A DNA stretch of 34,574 nucleotides from Octopus bimaculoides (GCF_001194135.2 NC_068981.1:103544226-103578799), one strand, 5' to 3'. Shown: positions 9,021 to 20,460, counted from the stretch's first letter. The notes: generated from the letters alone by a model not told the origin. A program made the numbers and translations.

Positions 9021-12000
9021 TTCTCCTTGCTCCCTTATTTTTTCCTAACAATAACCATAATTTCAGTGGATTCGTAATTCTTCATCCGAAGATTAATGTT
9101 GACAAATTCTGATCGAGAATTTCAAAAAATAAAAGGACAGCTAAAATAAAATGTTTTTTTTTTTTTAAATGGAGAATCTCCTGTCCTGATATTGTTGTTT
9201 TTTTTTCTTTTTTTTCTTTTCTTTTTTTCATCCTTCCTTCTGTTCTGTTGTATTTATTTTTGTATTAATTCATTTTATAATTTCTGACCCTTCAGTCAAA
9301 TCAACATTAGCGAAGATGGAGGACATGAGAATTTCGAAATGATGAAATCTGTCAATTATTATTTGGAAATTACTCAGAACAAAATTCAGAACAAAATCAA
9401 TAATCCTCCACAAGGCAATTTCACTTCGATTTTTTTGCATTCGATCTTTTCTATTGATTGTGTATTTTGAAGCAAAGCAATGTTTTGTTTTGTTTTGTAT
9501 TTTTTTTATCAGAAAAACAACTTTTTTTCACGATAATTAAAAGAAATCCACTTCAGGAAAATTTAGTAGTTAAAACCAGATATTTTTATTGCTTTTATTT
9601 TTAAAATTTACTTGTTACTAATTAACGTTACCAATGATTAATCAATTTATGGAGAGATAAGCAGGCTGTAGTGTGAGAACTGCGGAATTGCGGTCATGTT
9701 CAGGCAATCTAAATACAGGTTCGATTCTTCGTTGCGCTATTTCAATATAATAGTTCCTCATACTTCTTTTCGACTTTAATCCATAGTTTTCAGAGATAAT
9801 GGGATCCACTAGGACCCCTATATCATGACAAAGTTTTTTAAAATATGATGGAATTTTTGTTAGTTTCTTTATAATGGTTTCTATCAAACTCACAACTCTA
9901 AACATTTTGGTAAAGGTGTAAAATCGATCAAATCGGGCCAAGTTTTTCATTTAATGATTACATTTTGGTATTCCCTAGATTGTTTTCCATTTGAATCACA
10001 GATAGAATTTTAATCAAAGATAATTTTAATTAAAGATAAAGATACTTTAATACCAGAGTTTATGGAATTGGCGTTACTATTTCTAGAGATTTACATAAAG
10101 AATAATGAAAATATGTTCATTTTTATTGTTGCTGATGTCAGTTTTGTTTGGATAGATCTTCGATCTGGAAGAACCAAATTAAATGCCTATGACTGAAGCA
10201 CAAATAGAAGTCCTTGGATATTCAAATATATATGCTGTTAAACAAGAGGCATCTTCTCGTCTAACAACCAACCATTAGAGTCAGCTATTTGGGAATCATT
10301 CAAACTGCAAGACACCTCATATATTGATATATAGAAAATGAAAAAAGGACGTTTTCCTTTAATGCGTAGGGAAAAGAGAGTGGCAAAAAGAACAACAGTA
10401 CATAACTGGTACTTATGAAAGAAAGAGACGACTCTGACAGTATTTGAACTCAAAATGTAGAGATGTGAAGCTGAATATTCTGTTACTTTCAGTTTCACTG
10501 TCATTTTACCATTATGGCCATAAAATCGTTTTAAGGAGAATGATGATTTAAAAAAAGATCCAAACTATAATAACAAAAGTCATAGTTATTTCTTTATTGG
10601 CCAGAAGATCTTAAATATAAAATAAAAACGTGCCAAACAGGAAGGTTACGAAACATACGGGATGTACATATCAGTAGAAAAGTGGACAATTTAAAGTGTG
10701 ATACAATATAGGGAATTTAACTAGCAAAAAAAAAATAGTTCCTTCTTACGCATAGGTGAGAGACACTATGTATAAGATTCAGTGAAGAATCCATAATTCC
10801 AATCCCGTTCAGCTCCGAGTTCTTGTCCACTTACAGCTACAAGCTAGAGTCTTCTGAATTTACACGTAAATATCTTCGCCTTCCACTGAACCTCGAAGTC
10901 TCTCATATCATCTGGGAACTGCTCCATTAATCGTTGCTAGGGTGTTATTGTTGATTTTCATCAACCAACTATCATTTTGTGATTTGGAGTGTTCAATCCA
11001 TAATTTGTCTCCAATCAGAACAATATTTCTTGGGTCATTTTAGCTTCGTTAACATATCCTGATGTTTTTTAAATATAATTTCATCCTTTTATTTTTGCCT
11101 CTTCCTTCCATTTCAGTTCTCTTTAGTTCTTTATGTTAGTCTATATAGTTCTTTATGTTTCTTCAGATTCCATACCCACATCGCCAAAATTCAGATTTAC
11201 TGCTCTTTAGCTTCTAATCACCTTTGTACTGAAAAGGAAGGGAGCACTTTCGATTTTACAGTACCCCACATACATCGTCTTCATCTGGTATTGATGGTGA
11301 TGAAGAGGAGCTAATTTCGTTTCTATTTTGATTAACCCCGAAGAAGCGACCGGTGGTGCTATAATAGCACTCATAGTACTTCTTCCAATCGTCTGTACTT
11401 CAGAGTCTGCTATTGTTGCTGCTGTTACTGCTGTCTATTGTCAGTATCGTCTTTGTCATCCTTCCAAGCATGTGACTGTCAAATGGTTTTAACTCTCACC
11501 ACATATAGCAATAACGCTTTCTGTCCTCCACCGCCAGTCGCTTGATCTCGTCTCCACTTCCACAATGGGGTATACTATGGGGATAGCCTTGCTGCCATTA
11601 GAAGATGCCGCAAAGGTAATAGAGTTGGAAGGGTTTACATCGTCATTATTATCTCTAATTGTGAGACTTACATTTTTCTTATCTAAATACTCCGGCATCA
11701 GCTTGTTTGTAAGCATGTAGTGCACCAGCCTTGTCTGCTTTCTTGCTTCAAGCTCAGTCTTAAACAACAGTTACCTCCCTTGTCTCGCAACTTGTTAAAT
11801 TGTTGTTATTGTTGTTTTCTTGATGATGCTGTTGTTGTTGTTTTTGCTTGTTTGTTTGTTTGTTGTTGTTGTTGCTGTTGAGAGTAGTTACAGACTGGTG
11901 TGAGTAGCGGTAGTAGTACTGGCGCTCTGGTTAATGATTTTTTTTATCATTTAACATTATTATCATTTTTTTCTTTTTAAAGTGCAAATTAAATGTGTAT

Positions 12001-12049
12001 CTGCTTATTTTTGAAATTATATCTATTGAGTGAGCAGCACATATCAAAG

Positions 12050-12480
12050 CGACAGTGGGGTACAAATATACGAAGCCCAATATACCCATCATGGCTACCC
12101 GTCTGATGAGGATACACCAGGCACATGCATCACAACCATATGTGTGCGATAGGGTGATCTCATATCAAGATAAATTGCGCATGACCTTGTAGCTAGGACC
12201 CAGTTAGAATTTTCTTCCCGCTCAAATGGTCCCTGAATAAGGTTTGCTTACGGATGATGAACGAAACGCCCACGTTTCCAGATATGAATTATTCAGGCCT
12301 CAAAGAATTCCTCTCAACACATGGCTATGATGCTCCCCCACTACTTCTGGTCGTGATCAGAGATGCACATATCGCCAACCAATAAGGGACATGCTCAGCT
12401 TGTTAAGGTTAAGTAAATGACAAGCAAATCTGTGGTACTGAGCAGAATATTTGGTATAGCACATCTTTTATACCAAGAAA
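12050..12480. repeat. Probable unclassified interspersed repeat
   Basis: Higher-GC non-coding block that resembles, from memory only, a dispersed cephalopod repeat; no second copy in window. Confidence 0.3.
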
Positions 12481-12507
12481 AAACATGTGAATGTTATTAT
12501 TATTATT

Positions 12508-12702
12508 GCAGAATCGTTAGCGCGCCGGGCGAGTTGCTTAGCAGTATTTCGTCTGTCTTTACGTTCTGAGTTCAAATTCCGCCGTGGTCAACTTTGCCTT
12601 TCATCCTTTCAGCGTCGATAAATTATGTACCAGTGAAACGCTGGGGTTGATGTAATCGACTTAATCCCCTCCCACAAGCTGCCCTTGCGGCAAAGATTTG
12701 AA

Positions 12703-12705
<3 letters not shown>
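12508..12705 (+). mobile_element. SINE family A copy inside (TTA)n tract
   Basis: Strong similarity to 15433-15646 and to rc of 8481-8691; (TTA)n on both sides. Confidence 0.88.
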
Positions 12706-12740
<35 letters not shown>

Positions 12741-12750
12741 CATTATTATT

Positions 12751-13389
12751 CAATAGTCTTATTTTCATCACGTGCTCTGTGTGCCTTGGGTATGTGCTGT
12801 GGTTTGTTGTGGTGCTCTTATTTGCACTGTATTGAAAGTGTTTTATGTAGGATGTGTGCAGTGCCCAGTTGTGCTATTTCCTGCATGTTATATATACTTG
12901 TAAGTCCTGGTGTTTTTGTTATGTATTTGTCCGAGTGTTTTTTTTTTATCATACCTAATGCGCCTAATATGACAGGAATTGTTTCTGTTTTTAGGCTCCA
13001 CATTCGAGTTCCCTCTAAAGAGAAATATTGCTATCTGTTGGTAATGATTCATCGATTAGGAAGCATTTTTTTTTCTTGGTGTTATCTGACAACTTTATCC
13101 GGTCTATTGGCCTTAATTTCTCTATTTGTGTGTATTGGCATATCCCAGAGTATGGTTGCTTTCTCACTTTCTGTGACCTTGTTATTCCATAGTGTTGGCT
13201 TAGCTTCCAGTGTGTAAAGGTCCTAACTCTGTCGTGTCTGTGAATATATTCCTTCTTAGCCAGGACGGGGCAGCCAGAGACAATATTATTTGTTGTTTCT
13301 TCTCTATCTTCACATATTCTACAGTTACTTGTATTTCATTTCATTATATATTTTTGGTGATTTCTGGTGGGAAGGCTTTGATCTTGTGG
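12751..13389 (-). mobile_element. 5'-truncated R4/Dong-like retrotransposon 3' end (CCHC knuckle + restriction-like endonuclease)
   Basis: QDQSLPTRN..CRICEDREETTNNIVSGCPVLAKKEYIHRHDRV..HWKL; ILWDMPIHTNREIKANRPD; CFLID; MWSLKTETIPVILGALG..LGTAHILHKTL; 3' UTR then (AAT)n; internal deletions and frameshifts. Confidence 0.9.
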
Positions 13390-13403
13390 TTATTATTATT
13401 ATT

Positions 13404-13451
<48 letters not shown>

Positions 13452-13465
13452 ATTATTATTATTAT
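13390..13465. repeat. (TTA)(TTG)n(TTA) microsatellite
   Basis: Directly visible. Confidence 0.97.
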
Positions 13466-13763
13466 ATAAACAACCATGACGATTTGAAGTGGGAAATACG
13501 AAAGTTGTGGTCAGTGAGGAGAGTAGACGTGATACCAATAGTAATTGGTGCACTTGGAAGTATCAGCACTCAACTACCAACATGATTGAAAAAGAATGGT
13601 GCAAATGTGAAGGTAGAACACCTACAAAAATCAGCATTACTTGGAACTGCAAGAATTCTTCGCAGGGTTCTAGTATGACCAGTAAACAAGTGTCATCTTA
13701 GTCTGCTGGCTGTGGACAGTTGACACTTTCCATTATAGCTAGCAAAATAAGCTGTGAGGTTTC

Positions 13764-13765
<2 letters not shown>
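13466..13765 (+). mobile_element. 5'-truncated R4/Dong-like retrotransposon 3' end, second family
   Basis: DLKWEIRKLWSVRRVDVIPIVIGALGSIS..L*LKK..VEHLQKSALLGTARILRRVL*, short 3' UTR, then (AAT)n. Confidence 0.88.

Positions 13766-13839
<74 letters not shown>
13766..13839. repeat. (AAT)n microsatellite (tail/target of R4-like element)
   Basis: Directly visible. Confidence 0.97.
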
Positions 13840-13841
<2 letters not shown>

Positions 13842-15432
13842 CGATGATAATAATCCAGCTAAAGACAATGAAATGTAATGCTTTTGGCAACAAGTTCCTA
13901 TTTGATTATAGTAATTTCCTCTGACGAAAATCACGAACGTCCAGTTGAGATATTTCATGTTTCCTCACACTATAGAAATCGATCTAATATTGTAGTCATA
14001 CGTTACGATGCAGCTCTATTGCTTATATATTTGTGATATTAGGCCAACGAATTACTTAGTCACCACATTGTATATGCCAATTTATAATTTTTTTATGTGA
14101 ATACCTTAAGTATGAATCCTAAGCATCAAATTGTTGGCGAAAAAAAAACTGTAAACACATGAAATTTATCGCAGTCAAGTCACTACAGATTCTTTGTCAC
14201 GAAATCTTTCAATTTACAACGCCATCTTGTAACATTTTTTCTTCCTATACTTTTGCTTTCCTCTTTTACATTTTCTTTTCTCTATCTCTCATTTGGTTTT
14301 TATTATATTTTCTTCATTCTTTGCCGCCATCAAAAAGCTTTCCTCGATTCTTCTTGTTCGCCTTTCAATATAAATACAGCTTTTAGCATGACGAAAGCCA
14401 TAAATCAAACAATCTTGAATTGTAACAATGCAGACGATTCTCAGCGAAAGCAACACTTGTCATTAAACTGCAGCCGGTTTCTGACATTGTATTCCTCTGC
14501 TACATATGTTAAATTTTCAACTCTACAATTTTCTTTATCTTTCTTGCTTCACAATGTTATTTTCTTTTTCCGCTGTTAACGCTTACCTTTACATTCAGCA
14601 ACATTCCCGCCTCACACTTCTTGATTTATTCTTTCACTCAACATTCGTCCATACACTCCTTTCTATTTTCTTTATGCTACAATCTATATTATTAACTGCA
14701 TTATTTTCCCTAATAAAGCTAAGGTTCTCCCTTTACGCGATAGGATATTTTTCATTAAATCCGTTCAAGACATTTGGTCTTTAATTTTTCGTTTCTTTTT
14801 ATTTATATTCTTTTTTATCTTTATTCTCAGCATTTCCTAACTGTTTCTCCTAAAATGTGTACAAACAGGTATCCTGGTGGTTGACTAATCTACAGAAATA
14901 TATTGACTTTATACTGTTTCCACGCAGCTGATGATATTTTCCTCTTTTAACAAGCTGCGCGTTTATAAATATAACTAAAACAAACGTGGAAAAAATAGAA
15001 AGTGAAGGCAGTAAAATCAGTCTTAAAGAAATGGCTTCTAAAATGCAGTCGTTTGCTTCCACGAAAGAAAAGTCTTCTATAAAAGATTTATTTCATACTA
15101 AAATATTGTTTTAAAAGAAACTAGCGAGAGAGGCAAATTATTACGATGTTTGCAAGATACTTTGTATGAATATTTTAGATGTTCATGTCGTTTACGATGC
15201 AAATAGATTAATCTTGGTTTATAGCAGTAATGAAATAAATCATTAAAATAGAAGTATCGATATATCGGGGAAATGCTATTGAAAGAATTCGATTTAATGT
15301 AGTATAACCGGGTCAAGTCAACCTGACAGAAAACATCTCTTATGGTAAGATTTGAACCTAACATTGTTGAAACACTGTTGTAGTTGAGCCAAGACGGATG
15401 TCATGTACACATTAATAGTCTAAAGACCATAT

Positions 15433-15646
15433 AAGGCCATGAGCTGGCAGAATCGTTACTGCGCCGGGCGAAATGCTCAACGGCATTTCGTCCGTCTTTA
15501 CGTTCTGAGTTCAAATTCTGCCAAGGACAACTTTGCCTTTCATTCTTTCAGGATCGATAAAATAAGTACCAGTTCAGTACTGGGATCGATGTAATCGACT
15601 TACCCACTTCCCTGCAATCGCTGGCCTTGTACCAAAATTTGGAACC
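15433..15646 (+). mobile_element. SINE family A copy, near full length
   Basis: Similar to 12508-12705 and rc of 8481-8691. Confidence 0.88.
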
Positions 15647-16064
15647 GAATATTCTAGAGAACATTCAAGACAAAATTCATCCAAGCCTCCCCCACTCACC
15701 AATGACTTTTACCTCCACATGCTTTTTCTCTTCTACCACAAATGCTGTGCCTTCTATTCACCTAAAATAACAAACCGTGTGTTACTCCTGTTCAACATCA
15801 CTTGATACACACACCTCGCTATCATTTATCCCATTTAATGTACCTCGCCTCAAACCTTGAACCGAGCACTTCACAGAATAAAATTACTGGTCATGTTTAA
15901 CCTTAATATGAAGTTCATCATCAACCACATCAAACACGGAAATATAAGAGATGTGAAGAAAAGGACAGGGCTATTCTTTTTCTTGCAAGTTAATTAAAAT
16001 CGACAATCAATAATACAGTATGGTCAATTATTACTGTCCACCACATTGATCCTTGAAAGTTATG

Positions 16065-16330
16065 TCAGTGAAGTGCGAGCTCGTGGTAGGGCCTCCCATG
16101 CCTGACAGGTCAAAGGATAGCGGTCAGACTAAAATGGACCACTTCTTCTCAGAGATCAAAATAAGGTGTGGGTAGGACTAACACTCTTACTTAGAAAAAA
16201 AATCGAAGTTACAGAAGCCACGGTTACAATTCAAGACCTACAAGACCTGGTAAAAGAGTCATGCTTCTCTCAGATTCCATCTAGAGAGAAGCAGAAAAGG
16301 CAGCTTAGAATAGAGAACAGTGAAGAAAAG
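16065..16330 (+). mobile_element. Possible decayed 5' leader of an RTE-clade LINE
   Basis: cccatgcctgacaggtcaaaggatag..cagactaa...ggactaacactc resembles RTE 5' UTRs as recalled; not verifiable within window. Confidence 0.35.
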
Positions 16331-16339
16331 TTGTCGATA

Positions 16340-16560
16340 GTGAAGGCGCATGTTTAGGGTACCGGACCCATGGTTGTAAGACTGTGGTTTCGATTCCTGG
16401 ACCGGGCGATGCGTTGTGTTCTTGAGCAAAACACTTCATTTTACGTTGCTCCAGTCCTCTCAGCTGGAAAAAGTGAATAATCCTACGACGGACCGGCGTC
16501 CTGTCCAAATGGGGAATTTATATGCCCTTATGAGTCGGCATGCCTTGAGAAGATAACCTT
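16340..16560 (+). mobile_element. tRNA-derived SINE family B
   Basis: B-box-like GTTTCGATTCC, core tgtgttcttgagcaaaacacttcattttacgttgctccagt..cagctg shared with 18071 and rc of 26482. Confidence 0.85.
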
Positions 16561-17022
16561 TATTCTCCGTCGGGAGCGAAGAGCTTTCGTAAGCACCCAT
16601 TATTGTATTAATCATAAGGTAGGGGTCCCTTGAGCAATCGTACGAACAATTAAAAGAAGCATCCAAGTTTTCTTTGAGTCACAACCTAGCGTGTCATGAG
16701 AGAAAACACCCTGAAATAAACCCGAGTAGGTCAGGGCTGCAAATTCTTCGATTATAGTTCTGTTCGTTCAGGAGTAACCAGAGGTTAAACAATAACATAT
16801 TAACAATTAGGCAGGCTGGGTTATTTTACATTCTAGTATGGCCTTTGACACTGGACACGAACCATAACTGGCAAAATATACAACAAACTAATGGGTTCTG
16901 TGATTCATCATTGGATGATTTTAGATTTTAGACATTCATTTTTCTTTTTAATGTAATTTAATCCTCCACTTGTAGCCATCCTGGGGCATAGTCTTCAAAG
17001 GTACTTAGTCATATCGTTCTGA

Positions 17023-17069
<47 letters not shown>

Positions 17070-17196
17070 TATGGAGAGAGAGGGGGGGAGAAAGAGGAAG
17101 AGAGAGAAAGACAGAAAAAAATAGAATTAAACAGGAGTGTTTTAGTAGTGTAATGAAATAAATGGTTATAAGTTGGTACCATAACACTGTCCTAAA

Positions 17197-17764
17197 TCAG
17201 TTATATATATAATACTAAAAGTCTAAACCGGCGCATAATAGGAAAATACTGTGAAAGCAAAGTATCTCTGAAATGTGAATACAAGCAATAAAACAAGTTT
17301 CGCGTAAATCGGACCACAGATTCCCGAGATACACGATTTTTTTTTAGGTTTGTTTCCACAAATTTAAGCAGTGAAACTTGGAGTTTACTGTAAACATCTG
17401 GATAGTTTTGTTTGCGTGCTTGCTTGCGTGCGTGCTTGTCTGTAATTTGATACAGCTAAACTGGCGCATAATGGGGAAAATACTCTGAAAGGTGCCCCTG
17501 AAATGGGGATACAAACGGAATAAGACAAGTTTCGCATAAATCGGGCTACAGGCTCCCAAGATACGTGGTTTTTTTCTGGTATCTTTATAAATAGCCAAAC
17601 CGGCGCATGATGGGAAAAATGCTTTGAAAGTAAGGTACCATTGTTATGTGAAACCAAGCGGGAAAAAACAGGTTTCACGTGAATCGGACCACGGGTTCCC
17701 GAGATACGAGGTTTCTTCGGATACCTTGAACTATTGGTGACCCAACGGGTCACGGTTAGTCTAG
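17197..17764 (+). mobile_element. Non-autonomous Helitron with three internal ~120-140 bp subrepeats
   Basis: 3' hairpin GTGACCC-AAC-GGGTCAC (17737-17753), 7 nt, then CTAG|T; tentative A|TC 5' end at 17197; subrepeats start aaacYggcgcatRat at 17225, 17458, 17597. Confidence 0.75.
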
Positions 17765-18070
17765 TACATATTAAAGCTTATTTACAAATGTTATGCAATT
17801 TCTGAAGATACGATAATGTAATTTGTCTATACATTTTTGTCGTTATGCAGTAAATTTTATTATTATTAACTAAATAAGGGTAAGATGAAGCAACTAAAAG
17901 ATTCATGAATAAACATTCCTGATTTGTTTTTTCTATACGTGGTCTTTCTAACTAAGGAACCCGGTAAAGGGAGGCTTAGACGGTAATACGATTCCTTCTC
18001 GCAATTTTCTCCCTTGATGTATAGGAACTCAGATGAAGATATAAATGCTGATTATATGCCCTGTAGTAAA

Positions 18071-18268
18071 AGCGCGTGGCCTAGTAGTTAGGGTGTTTGG
18101 CTCACGACTGGAAGGTCGTCAGTTCGATTCCTGGCGGCGCGCTGTGTCTTGAGCAAGACAACTTATTACACGTTGCTCCAGTTCACTCAGCTGGCAAACA
18201 TGAGTAGTACCTGTATTTCAAAAGGTCAGTCTTGTCTGTCACATTCTGTGTCACGCTGAATATCCCTG
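18071..18268 (+). mobile_element. tRNA-derived SINE family B
   Basis: A-box TGGCCTAGTAGT (18077-18088), B-box GTTCGATTCC (18122-18131), shared core gtcttgagcaagac..acgttgctccagttcactcagctgg. Confidence 0.88.
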
Positions 18269-18295
18269 TTTCTCTCCTTGTTTCTTTCTGTGTTC

Positions 18296-18331
18296 CTTTC
18301 TGTGGAAGAGCGTAGGCTCGAAACGTTAAAG
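18296..18331 (+). ncRNA. Degenerate minimal type-I hammerhead ribozyme motif (Penelope-type)
   Basis: CTTT|CTGTGGA A|GAGC-GTAG-GCTC|GAAAC GT T|AAAG: stem I 4 bp, stem II 4 bp, palindromic ACGT stem III; core A6 and C17 substituted by T. Confidence 0.55.
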
Positions 18332-18421
18332 ACTTTTTCAATTTCCGAGCATTATACAAATACATGTTTGTTTTCTACACCACCTGTCTTCGTCTTTTTC
18401 TTTTTTGTGAATTTTCCCTAT

Positions 18422-18462
18422 NNNNNNNNNNNNNNNNNNNNNNNNNNNNNNNNNNNNNNNNN
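18422..18462. other. Assembly gap
   Basis: N run. Confidence 0.99.
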
Positions 18463-18559
18463 CAATGCATGCACGCGCGTGAGTGCGAATGTTTATTAAG
18501 GCACGCTGACAAAGTTGCTAAAGACCCGAATGCAAACCTAATATCGAAATCTGTCACTC

Positions 18560-18609
18560 TGTCTGTCTGCCTATCTCTCTCTCTCTTTCTCTTTCTCTAT
18601 TTCTCTCTG

Positions 18610-18640
<31 letters not shown>

Positions 18641-18670
18641 GTCTCTCTCTCTCTCTCTTTCTCTCTCTCT
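18560..18670. repeat. (CT)n/(CTGT) microsatellite
   Basis: Directly visible. Confidence 0.95.
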
Positions 18671-18699
18671 GCAGGGTTTCCTTACAAAACATTACTGAT

Positions 18700-18817
18700 T
18701 AAAACCGACTCGAGTCTATATTAGAAATCACTTGCTCAAATTGCGGCCCAGTGGGATCGAACTCGGAAGTAATTGACTGCAAAAGGAATTTCTTAACCGC
18801 AGTGCCATACCTGCACC
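18700..18817 (-). mobile_element. tRNA-derived SINE family C head, decayed
   Basis: rc ggtgcaggtatggcactgcggttaagaa...gagttcgatcccactg..ttgagcaagtg; related to 26983 and 31321 copies. Confidence 0.7.
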
Positions 18818-19534
18818 CACGTATTATTATATTACATCATACGATCTGTAATTACAAGAATCGACTGTTTCTCCAGTTTTTCCTTTCAAACAGGACATTT
18901 TAGTAGAGATATTTATGCGGTAATCATTTGCAACTGCAAAGCAAATTGCTGATGAGAGAAGAGAAGCAAAATGTTAAATATACAAATGATGTATTTCTGC
19001 AGACTTCAGCTTGAATTCAGTGGGTATCGTTAAAAACAAGCGCCAGCCGATCGATTTTATTAATTATACTTGCACAAAGTTCTTGCTGGTTGTTAAGTTG
19101 TTTTCGTTGTTGATTTCGATGTTGATGTTTTGTTTTTGTTTTTAAAATCTTCCAAGCTGTGACTACCTCGTCTCTGTTTTCCAGACATATATCATCCGCT
19201 GTTTGACAAAACGGTATGATTTGAGAGAGGTTTGACTGTTGTTTCTAGAAGTTGAAACGAATGCACAGAGTCTATGTTATTGGTCTTTGCTGAATATTAT
19301 TTTATTAGATTTTTCCCCAGGTCTACGATCAAGAGCATTAAAGTTGTGTCTAGTCTTTCATTTTGCTCTGCTTTTTTTGAGGTGTGGGGTGAGGGTGGAG
19401 ATGGTGACTAAGGTCTCTTTATTTCATGTGTCCTTTCTTTTTCCTCAAGAATGTGAGAGATGAGGGAAATTTAGCTGTTGTATATAGCAAGTCGAATGAC
19501 TACTTCCACGTTGGCTGTTTCTTGTCGAAGATTA

Positions 19535-19870
19535 TAATGGTGGTGGTGGTGGTGGCTTTTGGTGGTGGTGGTGGTGGCTTTTGGTGGTGGTGGTGGTGGT
19601 ATGGTGGTGGTGGTGGTTCTGGTTGTGGTGCTGGTATTTGTGGTAATTTGTGCTGGTATTGGCGGTGGTCTTCATAATGATGATGTTGATGATGATGATT
19701 TGTTAGTATGATGATGACTGGTGGTGGTGGTGGTGGTGGTGGATCTTGATAGTAGTGGTAGTGGTGTAGTATGGTGATTATGATGAAGAAGAAGAGGACA
19801 ATGAGACGACCACCACGATCACCACGACAATGTCTTGTAAGTGTGTGGTGGTGGTGGTGGTGGAGACGGC
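19535..19870. repeat. (GGT)n/(GAT)n compound trinucleotide repeats
   Basis: Directly visible. Confidence 0.93.
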
Positions 19871-20037
19871 AGCGACGAAAGATATTTGATTGATGGATGA
19901 TTTTGTTTGAAACAAAAGCAAAATAAAATAAAACGGAAACAAAATTTGCATTAGAATTTCCATTTTATCCAGAATGAAAAAATTACTCTTGGTTGCTTAA
20001 TGACACAAATACTAAAATCTACTCCAGTACTTGAGGA

Positions 20038-20060
20038 CATACATACATACATGCATACAT

Positions 20061-20103
<43 letters not shown>

Positions 20104-20134
20104 CAAACATACATACATACATACATACATACAT
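20038..20134. repeat. (ACAT)n/(AGAT)n microsatellite
   Basis: Directly visible. Confidence 0.97.
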
Positions 20135-20460
20135 GAAGGCTGTGTACTAGCTTTCCAGTATGATCACGTTTTACCCTCCCTTCCTCTTTCCTTTTAAGAT
20201 ATAGTGACTCCTTGTCATGAGTTCTCCCAATGTGGAAGGCATATAACAATTTACCTGGATCTTGTAGACAACAACTGCATTTCAATGGCGGATGCAGTCA
20301 TTTGTGAATAAGAAAGTTGGCTACCATTTTAAATATCAGGTGAAATTTCAAAATATTTTCTTACATTTACTCGACACCAGACAATCTGAGCAGCTGCTCC
20401 TCAGTCCGTCTCACAACACAAAACAGAACTCATTTTCTCACAACTGTCCCATGTCACAAG
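20135..20460 (-). mobile_element. Internal R4/Dong-like LINE fragment (post-RT region); upstream boundary uncertain
   Basis: GKLLYAFHIGRTHDKESLYLKRKEEGR resembles RKLL..AFH.KSD.DRLYL.RKEGGRG motif of RLE-clade ORFs. Confidence 0.55.

Noticed and set aside
12103-12110. CTGATGAG hammerhead-core matches (also 1741-1748, and CAGATGAGTCC on minus at 23525-23535)
   Set aside because: No properly spaced stem II plus GAAA; expected by chance
12786-13217. 143-aa hydrophobic plus ORF
   Set aside because: Antisense to the R4/Dong endonuclease coding region
17225-17725. Repeat-spacer appearance suggestive of CRISPR
   Set aside because: Units are long (~120-140 bp), diverged and contiguous, the context is eukaryotic with no cas genes, and Helitron termini explain it better
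18071-18135. tRNA-like sequence with A and B boxes (also 16340, 26805, 31469)
   Set aside because: Continues into shared SINE cores and lacks a complete cloverleaf; these are SINE heads, not tRNA genes
19535-19745. Gly/Trp-rich ORF and possible G-quadruplex
   Set aside because: (GGT)n microsatellite; only two-G runs and no evidence of function
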